Assembly: GCF_001462395.1 (NCBI RefSeq)
Contig: NZ_LNTB01000001.1
Coordinates: forward strand, 660,001-692,000
Direction of reading: 5' to 3'
DNA from: Pyrodictium occultum
GTDB taxonomy: Archaea > Thermoproteota > Thermoprotei_A > Sulfolobales > Pyrodictiaceae
Length of the DNA stretch: 32,000 nt
In this document: piece by piece, positions 22,855 through 31,992 of the stretch
Position numbering within the stretch: the first letter of the stretch is position 1
How the letters are laid out: each line of letters begins with the position of its first letter
Notes under the pieces: generated by a model
What the model saw: only the letters and a program-made list of their open reading frames with translations
What the model was told of the DNA's origin: nothing
Databases searched by the model: none
Position numbers and translations under genes: made by a program

Positions 22855-25800
22855 GCGTGGCCCTCCACCTTCCCGGCTGCCTGCACCGTTGCTGGATGGC
22901 GGAGCAGCTGCTCTAGCTCGTTGTAGATCTCGCTCAACACGGTTAGGGGGTTCAGCCCGCCGGACGCTATGGCTTCTATCTCCTCGTTGAGGCGGCGCGT
23001 CCTCTCCTCGGAGACCAGGTCGCCGTAGTTGGCCTCCAGGTACTCGTAGACTTCTATCCCCAGCTTGGTCGGTACAAGTCTCTTCCTGTACTTGCTCTCC
23101 AGCACGTAGCCGTGGCGGGTTAGGGCCTCGAGTATCTTGGCGTAGGTGCTGGGCCTGCCGAGGCCGCGGCGCTTCATAAGGGCTACCACGTCACCGTGAC
23201 TGTAGAGGTATACTGTAGAGCCGCGGCGCACCACGACCCGGGAGGCCTTGACGCGGTCCCCCTTCCGTAGGCCCGCCAGTGAGGGGTAGAGCGGGGGCTG
23301 TGGGTAGTAGCGGTGGAAGCCCTCCACCGGCGCTGCGACGTAGGCCTCCACCTCTGCCAGGGGCCCGTAGCCCTCAAGGCCAAGGAGTATGCGGAGGCGT
23401 CTTAGCCTCGCCGGCCGCAGCTGGCTTGCTATGAAGCGGCGGAAGATGAGGCTGTAGAGCCGGTAGTGGCTCTCCCTCACGGTGATGGGTAGCCTCAGCT
23501 CGCCGAGGGCTACCATTCTACGGAGGGTCTCAGCGTCCAGGGGCCTGGTGGGCCTTATCGCCTCGTGGTGGCCCTGAGGCCCCCAACTGCGGGGCTGGAA
23601 GTCCTCGATGCCCCCCTTGGAGGAGAGGTACTCCCTGGCAATGCTCTGGCCGAGCGCTGACACGTGGGTCGAGTCCGTGCGGTGATAGGTTATCAGCCCA
23701 GCCTCGAAGAGCTCCTGGGCTATCCTCATAGTCTTCTGAGAGGAGTAGCCCATCAACCTAGACGCGTCGTATATGAGGGACTCGGTGGTGTAGGGTGGGG
23801 GCGGGTTCAGATCCACAAGCTCCTCCGCCACGTCCAGTACTAGAAGCCCCTTCTCCGTGATCTCCTCGGCCACCCTCCGAGCCTGGCTGGGCTCCTCAAA
23901 GTGGAGCCTCAGTAGGGGCCCGTCCTCCAGCCTGGCGTAGACGTTGTAGCCTATGTTTGCTCTCCACTCCCGGTAGCGGTCTATAATCCAGCCCAGTACG
24001 GGCGTCTGGACCCTGCCGGCGCCGAGCCAGTGCTTGTTGAACACGCTCCAGAGGTGCTGGCTGAGCCCGAAGCCTATCCAGCGGTCTTCTATCCTTCGAA
24101 CGATCTGTGCCGAGGCTAGCCTCTTATCCACGCTGCGCGGCGATGCGAGAGCCTTTAGCAGCTCGTTCCTAGTAATCTCGTGGAGTTCTATCCTCTTTAT
24201 ACTGCGTGCATAAGGCTTCAGGAGCAGCTCTAGGTCGTAGGCAATCTTCTCCCCCTCTATGTCGGGGTCGGTGGCTATGTACACAGTCTCCACCTCGCTA
24301 GCCAGCTGCCGGAGCGCATCAACCACATCCTGCTTGCTAACCACGTTGCTTGAGCCGCAGCGGGGGCAGACGCTGCTGCTGGAAGAGAACTGGTGGCCAC
24401 AGTTTAGGCAGCGCTTGATAGGCTTATATACAGGGCTCACCCCACCTCCACTAATCTCTACACCGTGCACTCCTTCGCCGTCAACCGATAGGTCGTAGAG
24501 GTGGCCGGCGGAGGCTGTTATCGACGCAACGTGTATCTTCCCGGACACGTGGTTATAGAAGGTCGTCTCATAGACTGTCAGCGAGCCTACGCGCCTCCGG
24601 ACGGGCCTGCCGAAGAAGCTGGCAATTGTCCTGGCCTTGGTAGGGGACTCGACCACTATGAGGCAGGTCTCTATGTCCACCCTCCGGCCCGTGCCGCTGC
24701 TCCTGCTGGCACGGGCCTTCTCCATCTCCTCCTCCACCTTACGCCAGTCAAGCTTCTCGAAGTCAACGCTCTCCAGGTACCTGCGCAGCCTCTGGGACAG
24801 CAGCTTCACCAGCTCCTCCTCTTCCTCGAAGACTATGCTTACTCCATGGGTCATTATCGAGCCCAGCATGCGGCTAGCACGGCCGCTAGCCTGTAGGTAG
24901 GTGGCCGCGTCCGGAGTTATCGCCACGATATCGCTGCCGGTGTGGCGGTAGAGCACGCCCCCGACAACGGTTGAGGAGCCGGGCTCTAGTGTCTCCTGGA
25001 GCCTAGCCAGCACCCTCCTTCTAAGAGCCTGGAGGCCTTCCAGCAGCTCGCCCAGTCTCCCATCAAGCTTCTCGCCGGAGGCGAGGGCTATGCGTAGAGC
25101 AGTCTGCTCCCCGGGGCTTGTCCTCGAGAGGAGGCGGGCGGTTTCCTCGCTACCCTCTATGCCTAGCTCCACCCCTGCCCTCACTATGCGGAATGGCGAC
25201 TGTAGCGCTTTCTCGGCGCTTACCGCCTGGCTGGGCACTCCGACAAACACTGTATAGAGCACGCGTCTGGGCATGTCTATGCCGCGTACTATGACGCCGT
25301 AGTAGGAGGATATGCCGACCAGGACGTCGTACTCTCCGGAGGCGAAGCGGTCCAGAACCCTGCGGCCTGCCAGGGCGAGGCCTGCCCTCACGCCAGCCTC
25401 GTTTAGCGCTTTAACAAGCCTTCTGGCGAGGTCCTTGCCGAACCTCTTGGCTACGAAGACGAGGCCTCCGGGGCCTAGCCTCCTTACGGCCTCCACAGCG
25501 TCCCCAGCCGGGTCGCTGCTCACATGGTAGAAGTTGGCTATGCTCCTAGTATAGTCGTAGACCCTCCCTATGTCGAAGCCAAGCAGCTCGCGGAATAACC
25601 TCGGCTTCAGCCCCTGGGCTCTCCCCGTGGCTGATGCTATCACCAGCTGGCCCGGCGTGGACGTGACAAGCTTGGCTGAGAGCCTTGCCTGCAGCTCCTC
25701 CATCTCGCGTAGGAGCTGCTCGTAGCGCCTAATATTGCCGGAGAGCTTGGCTAGGGATGCCAGTATCTTCTTCTTAACCAGGCTGTACGCCGTGGCCAGG

Positions 25801-26531
25801 GTCTCCTCGTCAAAGCCCAGCAGCATCAATATCTTGTCTATGTTCTTCGAGTTCCTCAGTACAGCATCCACATCGTCGACCAGCACCAGGTCGAAGCGGG
25901 TCCCCTGGAGCAGCTCCCAGCGGCGAGAGAGGAACCCAGTAGTGGTGACTAGTATGTCGTAGTCACCCCTCTCTATGAGGTGTAGGCTCTCCTCCCGCCT
26001 GCTCCTGCTCAGGCTGGAATAGTAGGAGACAATCCTTGCAGCGACACCGCCCCTCTCTGCAAGCACGCGGAGCTTCTCCTCGACCTGCCTCGCGAGGTTC
26101 TCCGTGGGGAGCAGGTAGTAGGCCCGGGCGCCGGACCTGGCCCGGTAGAGGGCATAGACGCTTAGGAGCGTTGTCTTGCCTACACCGGTGGGAGCCACTA
26201 TTGCCATACTCTCGTTCTGGAGTAGCCTCTTAGCCCAGGTCCTCTGGGCGCTCCAGAGCCTTCCACCCGTGAGCCGGTGGAAGAACTCCTCGAAGTCCCG
26301 GAGCATCGTGACAGTGCTGTAGAGGTACAGGTAGCCCTGGAGGACACCCCTACTAGCCAGCTCTCTGCCGATACGCTCCACGAGGCCATAGTAGTCGTGG
26401 GGGAGGCTCTCCGGGGCCGCGGGCATACAGCGGGCGCATGGGAGGCGCTGGGAGAGCCTGTCAGCTGTTATAGGCCCGCCGCAGTTGGGGCAGGCTCCGT
26501 GATACAACGGCCTCAGCAGCGTCCACTCCAT
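22851..26531 (-). CDS. rgy: Reverse gyrase
   Basis: 1226 aa. N-terminal zinc finger CPNCGG..C..C and helicase motifs APTGVGKT / VLVDDVD. A second zinc finger (CLNCGH...CPRCG), TOPRIM IVVESPTKARTI and topoisomerase IA catalytic block LITYHRTDS follow. The start is ATG at 26531. Confidence 0.97.
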   Translation of the reverse strand: MEWTLLRPLYHGACPNCGGPITADRLSQRLPCARCMPAAPESLPHDYYGLVERIGRELASRGVLQGYLYLYSTVTMLRDFEEFFHRLTGGRLWSAQRTWAKRLLQNESMAIVAPTGVGKTTLLSVYALYRARSGARAYYLLPTENLARQVEEKLRVLAERGGVAARIVSYYSSLSRSRREESLHLIERGDYDILVTTTGFLSRRWELLQGTRFDLVLVDDVDAVLRNSKNIDKILMLLGFDEETLATAYSLVKKKILASLAKLSGNIRRYEQLLREMEELQARLSAKLVTSTPGQLVIASATGRAQGLKPRLFRELLGFDIGRVYDYTRSIANFYHVSSDPAGDAVEAVRRLGPGGLVFVAKRFGKDLARRLVKALNEAGVRAGLALAGRRVLDRFASGEYDVLVGISSYYGVIVRGIDMPRRVLYTVFVGVPSQAVSAEKALQSPFRIVRAGVELGIEGSEETARLLSRTSPGEQTALRIALASGEKLDGRLGELLEGLQALRRRVLARLQETLEPGSSTVVGGVLYRHTGSDIVAITPDAATYLQASGRASRMLGSIMTHGVSIVFEEEEELVKLLSQRLRRYLESVDFEKLDWRKVEEEMEKARASRSSGTGRRVDIETCLIVVESPTKARTIASFFGRPVRRRVGSLTVYETTFYNHVSGKIHVASITASAGHLYDLSVDGEGVHGVEISGGGVSPVYKPIKRCLNCGHQFSSSSSVCPRCGSSNVVSKQDVVDALRQLASEVETVYIATDPDIEGEKIAYDLELLLKPYARSIKRIELHEITRNELLKALASPRSVDKRLASAQIVRRIEDRWIGFGLSQHLWSVFNKHWLGAGRVQTPVLGWIIDRYREWRANIGYNVYARLEDGPLLRLHFEEPSQARRVAEEITEKGLLVLDVAEELVDLNPPPPYTTESLIYDASRLMGYSSQKTMRIAQELFEAGLITYHRTDSTHVSALGQSIAREYLSSKGGIEDFQPRSWGPQGHHEAIRPTRPLDAETLRRMVALGELRLPITVRESHYRLYSLIFRRFIASQLRPARLRRLRILLGLEGYGPLAEVEAYVAAPVEGFHRYYPQPPLYPSLAGLRKGDRVKASRVVVRRGSTVYLYSHGDVVALMKRRGLGRPSTYAKILEALTRHGYVLESKYRKRLVPTKLGIEVYEYLEANYGDLVSEERTRRLNEEIEAIASGGLNPLTVLSEIYNELEQLLRHPATVQAAGKVEGHA

Positions 26532-26660
26532 GCCGGGTCGCCTACCTATCCAAGTGCGCTGGAGGAACTACCCGATGGCTAGGCTTAGCATGGGGCTGCT
26601 GTGATTGACTTAGAGTAGCTGGCCCAGTAACACCCCGAAGCCCATGCCCGAGGGGAGTAA

Positions 26661-26672
26661 AGCCTAAATAGA
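26661..26672 (+). promoter_or_regulatory. Candidate albA TATA box
   Basis: AGCCTAAATAGA contains TAAATA at 26665-26670, about 53 nt upstream of the ATG. A GAGGGG Shine-Dalgarno-like element (26708-26713) lies 7 nt before the ATG. Confidence 0.4.
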
Positions 26673-26720
26673 GGACCCGGCCGGTCTGCAGCACATGACC
26701 AATGCGCGAGGGGACATGCG

Positions 26721-27020
26721 ATGGCGCAGGCGAGTGCAGCTCCGAGCAACGTCGTTCTCGTGGGTAAGAAGCCTGTCATGAACTACGTTCTGGCGACCCT
26801 AACCCTGCTGAACCAGGGTGTCAAGGAGGTAGTGATAAAGGCTAGGGGCCGCGCCATAAGCAAGGCTGTCGATACCGTCGAGATAGTGAGGAAGAGGTTC
26901 CTGCCCGGCAAGGTCGACGTAAAGGACATAAAGATCGACAGCCAGGTGATCCAGAACCCCGACGGCCGCCAGAGCAGGGTCAGCACCATAGAGATCGTCT
27001 TAGAGAGGAAGGAGGAGTAA
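26721..27020 (+). CDS. albA: Alba (Sso10b-type) DNA/RNA-binding chromatin protein
   Basis: 99 aa. [49 protein letters not shown] is the canonical Alba core. Confidence 0.95.
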   Translation: MAQASAAPSNVVLVGKKPVMNYVLATLTLLNQGVKEVVIKARGRAISKAVDTVEIVRKRFLPGKVDVKDIKIDSQVIQNPDGRQSRVSTIEIVLERKEE

Positions 27021-27051
27021 CGTACGAACATTCCCGGGGACACATGAGGTA

Positions 27052-27056
27052 TTTTT
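27052..27056 (+). terminator. Oligo-T tract downstream of albA
   Basis: A T5 run lies 31 nt after the albA stop. Archaeal RNA polymerase terminates at oligo-T tracts. This is the only T run in the spacer. Confidence 0.4.
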
Positions 27057-27059
27057 ACG

Positions 27060-27293
27060 GTGAAGACCTCTGCCCCGCCCTGTAGCCAGTGCCGCGAGAG
27101 TGAAGAAGCCTGCAGGAGGCTCGCAGCACTCCTCTCCTATATCGATATGGACCCGCGTATTCTGCTTAGGCTGGTCTGCGACGGTCTTCCCGGCCTCTAC
27201 CTGGACTTCATGAGGCTCTTCAACGCGTATCAGAGGCTTCGGAAGGGGCTCGGGCTGGAGCTCCTTACCGCGTCTCTAGAAGAGGGGGAGTAG
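27060..27293 (+). CDS. Hypothetical small protein
   Basis: 77-aa ORF starting at GTG immediately after the T5 tract. The C-terminal half looks helical. I recognise no motif, and coding status is uncertain. Confidence 0.3.
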   Translation: MKTSAPPCSQCRESEEACRRLAALLSYIDMDPRILLRLVCDGLPGLYLDFMRLFNAYQRLRKGLGLELLTASLEEGE

Positions 27294-27461
27294 CCCCATA
27301 CTCCTTACGCCGTAATTCCTTTGGCTAGGATGTGTCCACCCCTCTCTCCTCGGGAGGCGGGAATTGTTGACGAGAGGGCTTGTAAAAACCCGCGCATGTG
27401 GCAGCCGTAGGGCCCCTTGCAGAGCTGCCAGAGGATGGTAACGGCGTTCTGAGCCGAAGCC

Positions 27462-27623
27462 TTAGCGGCGGCCGGCCTGGCCCTGCTGGAGCCTGATTAG
27501 GAGGCGCCGGTACTCCTTCCTGTTGCGGACGCGGGGGGCGGGGTTCTTCTTGGGCTTGGCGGGTATGCGTGGGGTCTGCTTCCTAACCTTACCTGCCTTT
27601 GTAAGCGAGCCGTGGCTGGGCAT
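27462..27623 (-). CDS. rps30e: 30S ribosomal protein S30e (eS30)
   Basis: Below the 60-aa ORF-track cut-off. The reverse strand from ATG (27623-27621) to TAA (27464-27462) encodes [53 protein letters not shown] (53 aa). [14 protein letters not shown]...K..K...PR..NR..Y is the eS30 signature. Confidence 0.85.
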   Translation of the reverse strand: MPSHGSLTKAGKVRKQTPRIPAKPKKNPAPRVRNRKEYRRLLIRLQQGQAGRR

Positions 27624-27658
27624 GTGCTGCTCCCCAGGGGGCTGGGGCCGCCTCTAGA

Positions 27659-27669
27659 CCTTATATAGG
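27659..27669. promoter_or_regulatory. Near-palindromic TATA element shared by divergent rps30e and gatD
   Basis: CCTTATATAGG lies about 41 nt upstream of the rps30e ATG (27623) and about 47 nt upstream of the gatD ATG (27711). It reads as a TATA box on both strands. Confidence 0.45.
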
Positions 27670-27710
27670 CTTTATCCCTTGGGGGTGCTAGTTCACCTGG
27701 GCAAGGCGGG

Positions 27711-29081
27711 ATGGAGGAGGCTGGCTACACTGGTGTTGCGTTGAGGCTTCTCCGGAGGGCCGGGGCTAGGCCCGGCGACCGTATAAGGATTGAGAGGAGC
27801 GATGGCCGCGTCTTCGAGGGCGTTTTGATGCCCCGCTACGCTATCTCGGCTAGGCCCATCATAGTCGTGAAGCTTGATAACGGCTACAATATAGGGGTAC
27901 GGGTCGACGAGGGGACGCGCATAGAGGTTGTGAAGACGAGGGAGGCTATACTCCATGAGGCCGCGGCCGGCGCTCCCGCGGCTGTGCCGCTTCTCGAGGA
28001 GCAGCCGCCTCCCGGGAAGAGGCCCAGGGTGACGATACTCGGGACTGGAGGCACTATAGCCAGTAAGGTAGAGTACGAGACCGGGGCTGTGAGGCCGGCC
28101 TTCTCGGCTGAAGAGATACTGGAGGCTGTGCCGGAGGTAGGCTTCATAGCCGACATATCCTCGAGGGTTGTCATGAATATACTGAGCGAGAACATGAGGC
28201 CCAAGTACTGGGAGAAGATAGTTGACGAGGCCGCCAAGGCTATCCAGGAGGGGGCTGAGGGCATCGTTGTAGCGCACGGAACCGACACCATGGCTTATAC
28301 CGCGTCGGCGCTTGCCTTCGCCTTCCGGGGGCTACCGGTTCCGATAGCCTTCGTGGGGGCCCAGAGGAGCAGCGATAGGCCCAGCAGCGACGCCGCCTTC
28401 AACCTGGTAGCCGCCACCCTGGTGGCCGCTAGGGCGCCCTTCGCGGAGGTCGTAGTGGTCATGCACGGGGAGGCCGGCGACACCTATGCCCTTGCCCACC
28501 GCGCCACCAGGGTTAGGAAGATGCACACCAGCCGCCGCGACGCCTTCCAGACCATAAACGGAAGGCCGTTAGCCAAGATCTACCCCTTTGAGGGGAGGAT
28601 AGAGCTGCGGGACAAACCGCTCCGTGAGAGGGGCAGGGAGGAGCTGCACGTGGTAAACGGGTTCGAGGAGAAGGTAGCGCTGGTGAAGTACTATCCCGGC
28701 ATGGAGGCGGAGCTGATAGACTTCCTCGTGGACCGCGGCTACCGGGGAATAGTGCTGGAGGGCACCGGGCTCGGCCACGTCGGCGAGTGGCTTGTCGAGA
28801 GTATAAGGCGTGCGGTGGAGCAGGGAGTAGTTGTGGTAATGACGTCGCAGACTCTCTTTGGAAGGGTTAACATGAACGTCTACACTACGGGGCGCAAGCT
28901 GCTCCAGGCCGGTGTCATACCGGGGGAGGATATGCTTCCCGAGGTAGCGTTTGTGAAGCTCTCCTGGATACTGGCCCATACCCATGATCCCCGGGAAGCG
29001 GGTAGGATGCTCCGCGAGAACCTGGCAGGAGAGATAACGTATCGCCACACACTGGACCTCTATCCGAGGTGGCCGCATTGA
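27711..29081 (+). CDS. gatD: Glutamyl-tRNA(Gln) amidotransferase subunit D
   Basis: 456 aa. The asparaginase-type catalytic blocks ILGTGGTIAS and VAHGTDTM follow an N-terminal GatD-specific domain. Confidence 0.92.
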   Translation: MEEAGYTGVALRLLRRAGARPGDRIRIERSDGRVFEGVLMPRYAISARPIIVVKLDNGYNIGVRVDEGTRIEVVKTREAILHEAAAGAPAAVPLLEEQPPPGKRPRVTILGTGGTIASKVEYETGAVRPAFSAEEILEAVPEVGFIADISSRVVMNILSENMRPKYWEKIVDEAAKAIQEGAEGIVVAHGTDTMAYTASALAFAFRGLPVPIAFVGAQRSSDRPSSDAAFNLVAATLVAARAPFAEVVVVMHGEAGDTYALAHRATRVRKMHTSRRDAFQTINGRPLAKIYPFEGRIELRDKPLRERGREELHVVNGFEEKVALVKYYPGMEAELIDFLVDRGYRGIVLEGTGLGHVGEWLVESIRRAVEQGVVVVMTSQTLFGRVNMNVYTTGRKLLQAGVIPGEDMLPEVAFVKLSWILAHTHDPREAGRMLRENLAGEITYRHTLDLYPRWPH

Positions 29082-31033
29082 TCGAGCCTAAGGTGGATCC
29101 CTCGAAGTATGATCCTAGGGAGCTGGGGCTCCGAGTAGGCCTGGAGATACACCAGCAGCTTGATACGAGGCGCAAGCTGTTCTGCAGCTGCCCGACCACG
29201 CTGGTGAGCGAGGACGCTGATAAGGACGAGTTCATTAGGCAGCTTAGGCCCACGAGAAGCGAGCTCGGGGAGGTGGATATAGCCGCCCTCTTCGAGTGGC
29301 GCAAGGGCCGGCTATACCACTATCATGCGCCCCGCGCCGCCTCCTGCCTGGTCGAGGCGGACGAGGAGCCACCCCACGAGATCAACCGGGAGGCGGTAGT
29401 GATAGGGCTAGCCGTGGCGCTGGCGCTGGGATCCACCCCGGTGGACGAGATCTACGTTATGAGGAAGATAGTGATAGACGGGTCTAACACCACCGGGTTC
29501 CAGCGCACAGCGATCATAGCCCTGGGCGGCGGGATAGAGCTAGAGAGCGGGAAGAAGATAGGGGTACAGACAATAGCCGTAGAGGAGGATGCTGCACGCA
29601 AGCTTGGCGAGGAGGGCCGCTACACCCACTACATGCTCGACAGGCTGGGCATACCGCTGATAGAGATCTCCACCGCGCCCGACATAGAGACTCCGGAGGA
29701 GGCATACGAGGCGGCGCTAACCATAGGCCAGCTGCTCCGCCTCACCGGGAGGGTCAAGAGGGGTATAGGTACGATTAGGCAGGATCTCAACGTCTCGATA
29801 AAGGGCGGTGTCAAGACGGAGATAAAGGGTGTTCAGAGGCTCGATCTCCTCCCGAAGATAGTGCTCTACGAGGCTATACGGCAGAAGAGGCTGCTAGAGA
29901 TACGGGATGAGCTACGGAGCCGGGGGGTCTCCAGGCGCGACGTCGAATCCGCCGAGATAGTTGACGTCACCGGCATTTTCAGAGGCACAAGGTCGAAGAT
30001 AATAGCTAGGGCCATCAAGAGGGGCGGCAAGGTTCTCGCAGTCAAGCTGCCGGGGTTCCATGGGCTGCTGGGAGTGGAGGTGCAGCCGGGGAGGCGCTTC
30101 GGAACCGAGCTGGCGGACTACGCCAGGTTCTGGGGCGGCGTAGGGGGAATATTCCACACCGACGAGCTGCCCGGCTACGGGATAACCGAAGAGGAGGTAG
30201 AGCAGCTCTACAAAGCCGTAGGCGCTGCCCGGGGCCGTGATGCAGTAGTGATAGTGGCTGATGAAGAGCCGAAAGCCCGGAAGGCTCTACAGGCTGTGGT
30301 CGAGAGAGCTGCTGCAGCCCTCGAGGGCATACCGAAGGAGACCAGGGCTGCTAAGGAGGACGGCACAACCAGGTTCATGAGGCCTCAGCCAGGCTCGGCG
30401 AGAATGTATCCCGAGACCGACATACCACCCCTTGAAGTCACAGAGGACCTACTTGAAGAAGCCCGTAAACTCGTGCCGGAGAAGCCCAGCGAGAAGCTGA
30501 GAAAGCTGAAGGAGAGGTACGGGCTAAGCGATGACCTGGCTCGCCAGATAGTGAGGGATGTGAGGCTAGACCTATTCGAGAGGCTCGCAGAGAGGTACGG
30601 GGATAAGGTCCCCCCATCCTACATAGCATCGATATTCACGAACATATTGAGGAGCCTTTCACGTGAAGGCGTGCCGATAGACAACCTGAGCGATGAGAGC
30701 ATTGAGGAGGTTGTCTCGGCTGCCGCGCAAGGCAGACTAGCCAAGGACGCGGTGCCTGATGTGCTTGCATACTTGGCTAGAAACCCCGGAGCAAGGCTCG
30801 ACGACGCCATGAAGGCTCTGGGCATACAGGCAGTAGACATGAGTATGGTGGAGAGCATGGTGGAGGAGGCAGTGAGAGCACTTGAGGGCGAGATAAGAAG
30901 CCGCGGCTACGCGGCGCTAAGCAAGGTGATGGGTAGAGTTATGCCGAAGCTGCGCGGCAAGGTGGACGGCAGAACCGTGGCTGAGATAGCCAAGAGGAAG
31001 ATAAGTGAGCTGCTGGGGGAAAGGAGGGGCTGA
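29069..31033 (+). CDS. gatE: Glutamyl-tRNA(Gln) amidotransferase subunit E
   Basis: 654 aa. The GLEIHQQL..KLFC.C block and GatB/E-like core precede a C-terminal YqeY-like tail. GTG 29069 overlaps the gatD end by 13 nt, and TTG 29078 is an alternative start. Confidence 0.92.
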   Translation: MAALIEPKVDPSKYDPRELGLRVGLEIHQQLDTRRKLFCSCPTTLVSEDADKDEFIRQLRPTRSELGEVDIAALFEWRKGRLYHYHAPRAASCLVEADEEPPHEINREAVVIGLAVALALGSTPVDEIYVMRKIVIDGSNTTGFQRTAIIALGGGIELESGKKIGVQTIAVEEDAARKLGEEGRYTHYMLDRLGIPLIEISTAPDIETPEEAYEAALTIGQLLRLTGRVKRGIGTIRQDLNVSIKGGVKTEIKGVQRLDLLPKIVLYEAIRQKRLLEIRDELRSRGVSRRDVESAEIVDVTGIFRGTRSKIIARAIKRGGKVLAVKLPGFHGLLGVEVQPGRRFGTELADYARFWGGVGGIFHTDELPGYGITEEEVEQLYKAVGAARGRDAVVIVADEEPKARKALQAVVERAAAALEGIPKETRAAKEDGTTRFMRPQPGSARMYPETDIPPLEVTEDLLEEARKLVPEKPSEKLRKLKERYGLSDDLARQIVRDVRLDLFERLAERYGDKVPPSYIASIFTNILRSLSREGVPIDNLSDESIEEVVSAAAQGRLAKDAVPDVLAYLARNPGARLDDAMKALGIQAVDMSMVESMVEEAVRALEGEIRSRGYAALSKVMGRVMPKLRGKVDGRTVAEIAKRKISELLGERRG

Positions 31034-31138
31034 AGCTGGTAGTCAGCCACCCGCGGCAATAAAGGAGCACTCGGCTACATATTTCCGGAAGACCCGGCCA
31101 TTTACCTCCAGGGGCGTCTATCCTAGCTCCATAGTGCT

Positions 31139-31206
31139 GGAGGCGGTGAAGAGTACTCCCGACGCTGAAAACGGGCCGTGATGAAAAGGCATTTGTCGGA
31201 GCCTCT
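31139..31206 (+). ncRNA. Box C/D sRNA candidate (2'-O-methylation guide)
   Basis: Layout: GGAGGC-G-[GUGAAGA]-GUACUCCCGACG-[CUGA]-AAACGGGCC-[GUGAUGA]-AAAGGCAUUUGU-[CGGA]-GCCUCU. Both guide spacers are exactly 12 nt, and the D'-C' loop is 9 nt. The 6-bp terminal stem (31139-31144 / 31201-31206) is in the exact register for a 3-nt-bulge K-turn. The internal D'/C' boxes are consensus. The two terminal box deviations fall on the residues that pair with each other. Confidence 0.6.
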
Positions 31207-31251
31207 AGCACCTGGCCCTCTTGAACGACTATATGATTGCTGGTACTGTGT

Positions 31252-31992
31252 CTAGAGCCCGGTGGCGCTCTCCGATATAACCTCCGGGCCGCTTACCTTC
31301 TTCCTGCGCTCGACTATGTCTAGTATCCTCTCTATGAAGTCCTCCTCGTAAGGCACGCCGACGAAGGCTAGTACGCCGTTTATAGCTATAGCAGGGACCG
31401 ACATCACGTTGTACTTGTCTGCTATGTCGGGGTTCTCGTAGGCCTCCACAGTGTCTGCTATGAAGTCGCGTTTCCCATTCCTCCAGGCCTCGAAGGCGAA
31501 CATGTTGGCCAGGAGAGCGGCGTAGGGGCAGTAGGGGCACTGAGGCGTCACTATTACCTCTATATGCACTGGCTTGTCTATGCTTTTTATCTTCTCTATG
31601 GTGGTCTGGTCTAGGCCGCTATCCTCCTGGGATATCCTGATAATTGTCTCAACAAGCCCTCTTATCTCCTCGCCGCTGGGGGTGCCGGTGTACCTTATCG
31701 ACCCCTCTAGGAGCGTAGTTGTTGGTATTCTTTCAACCTTCTGCCTCTTAAACTCCTCGTCGTCCTTACCCTTCTCGTAGACCCGTACCTTGACCAGCTT
31801 TTTCCCGTTCTTCTCCGGGGCTTCTTCCTCAAGCACCTTGGCTATCTTCAGCGACTCGTCGCAGTATCTACAGTTCGGGCCTATGAATACGTTTATTGTA
31901 ACGGGCTTTTCTAGATCCTGGAATGCCTCGCGTATAGCCTCCCGGGTTTCCTGGTCTATCTCCATGCGTACCGGATCCGACATGGCGTACAC
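31252..31992 (-). CDS. Protein disulfide oxidoreductase (two thioredoxin-fold units, glutaredoxin-like PDO)
   Basis: 246-aa ORF with two CxxC sites (GPNCRYCD and TPQCPYCP) in tandem thioredoxin-like halves, as in hyperthermophile PDOs. The ORF opens with GTG at 31992, and ATG 31983 (MSDPVRM..) is the likelier start. Confidence 0.85.
   Translation of the reverse strand: MYAMSDPVRMEIDQETREAIREAFQDLEKPVTINVFIGPNCRYCDESLKIAKVLEEEAPEKNGKKLVKVRVYEKGKDDEEFKRQKVERIPTTTLLEGSIRYTGTPSGEEIRGLVETIIRISQEDSGLDQTTIEKIKSIDKPVHIEVIVTPQCPYCPYAALLANMFAFEAWRNGKRDFIADTVEAYENPDIADKYNVMSVPAIAINGVLAFVGVPYEEDFIERILDIVERRKKVSGPEVISESATGL

Noticed and set aside
27294-27461. 168-nt gene-free stretch downstream of rps30e, containing a GGCAGC...GCUGCC hairpin (27411-27440) and a partial GGAUGG...CUGA string
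   Set aside because: No complete C/D or H/ACA box set, no tRNA features and no convincing small ORF (the best is a 26-codon ATG ORF). It is probably the rps30e 3' UTR/terminator region and is not reported as a feature.
31153-31164. Possible 16S rRNA target of the D' guide: 8-nt match to the conserved GGGAGUAC of the segment recalled as CCUGGGGAGUACGG
   Set aside because: Pairing to that recalled sequence leaves two mismatches within four positions of box D', next to the predicted methylation site. An 8-mer match to several kb of rRNA is also expected by chance fairly often. It needs the organism's own rRNA sequence.
31233-31255. AUGAUUG-12 nt-CUAG downstream of the C/D candidate, as a possible further C'/D unit
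   Set aside because: The would-be D box lacks the essential GA and coincides with the PDO stop codon (31252-31254). The 31139-31206 model, closed by its own stem, explains the region better.
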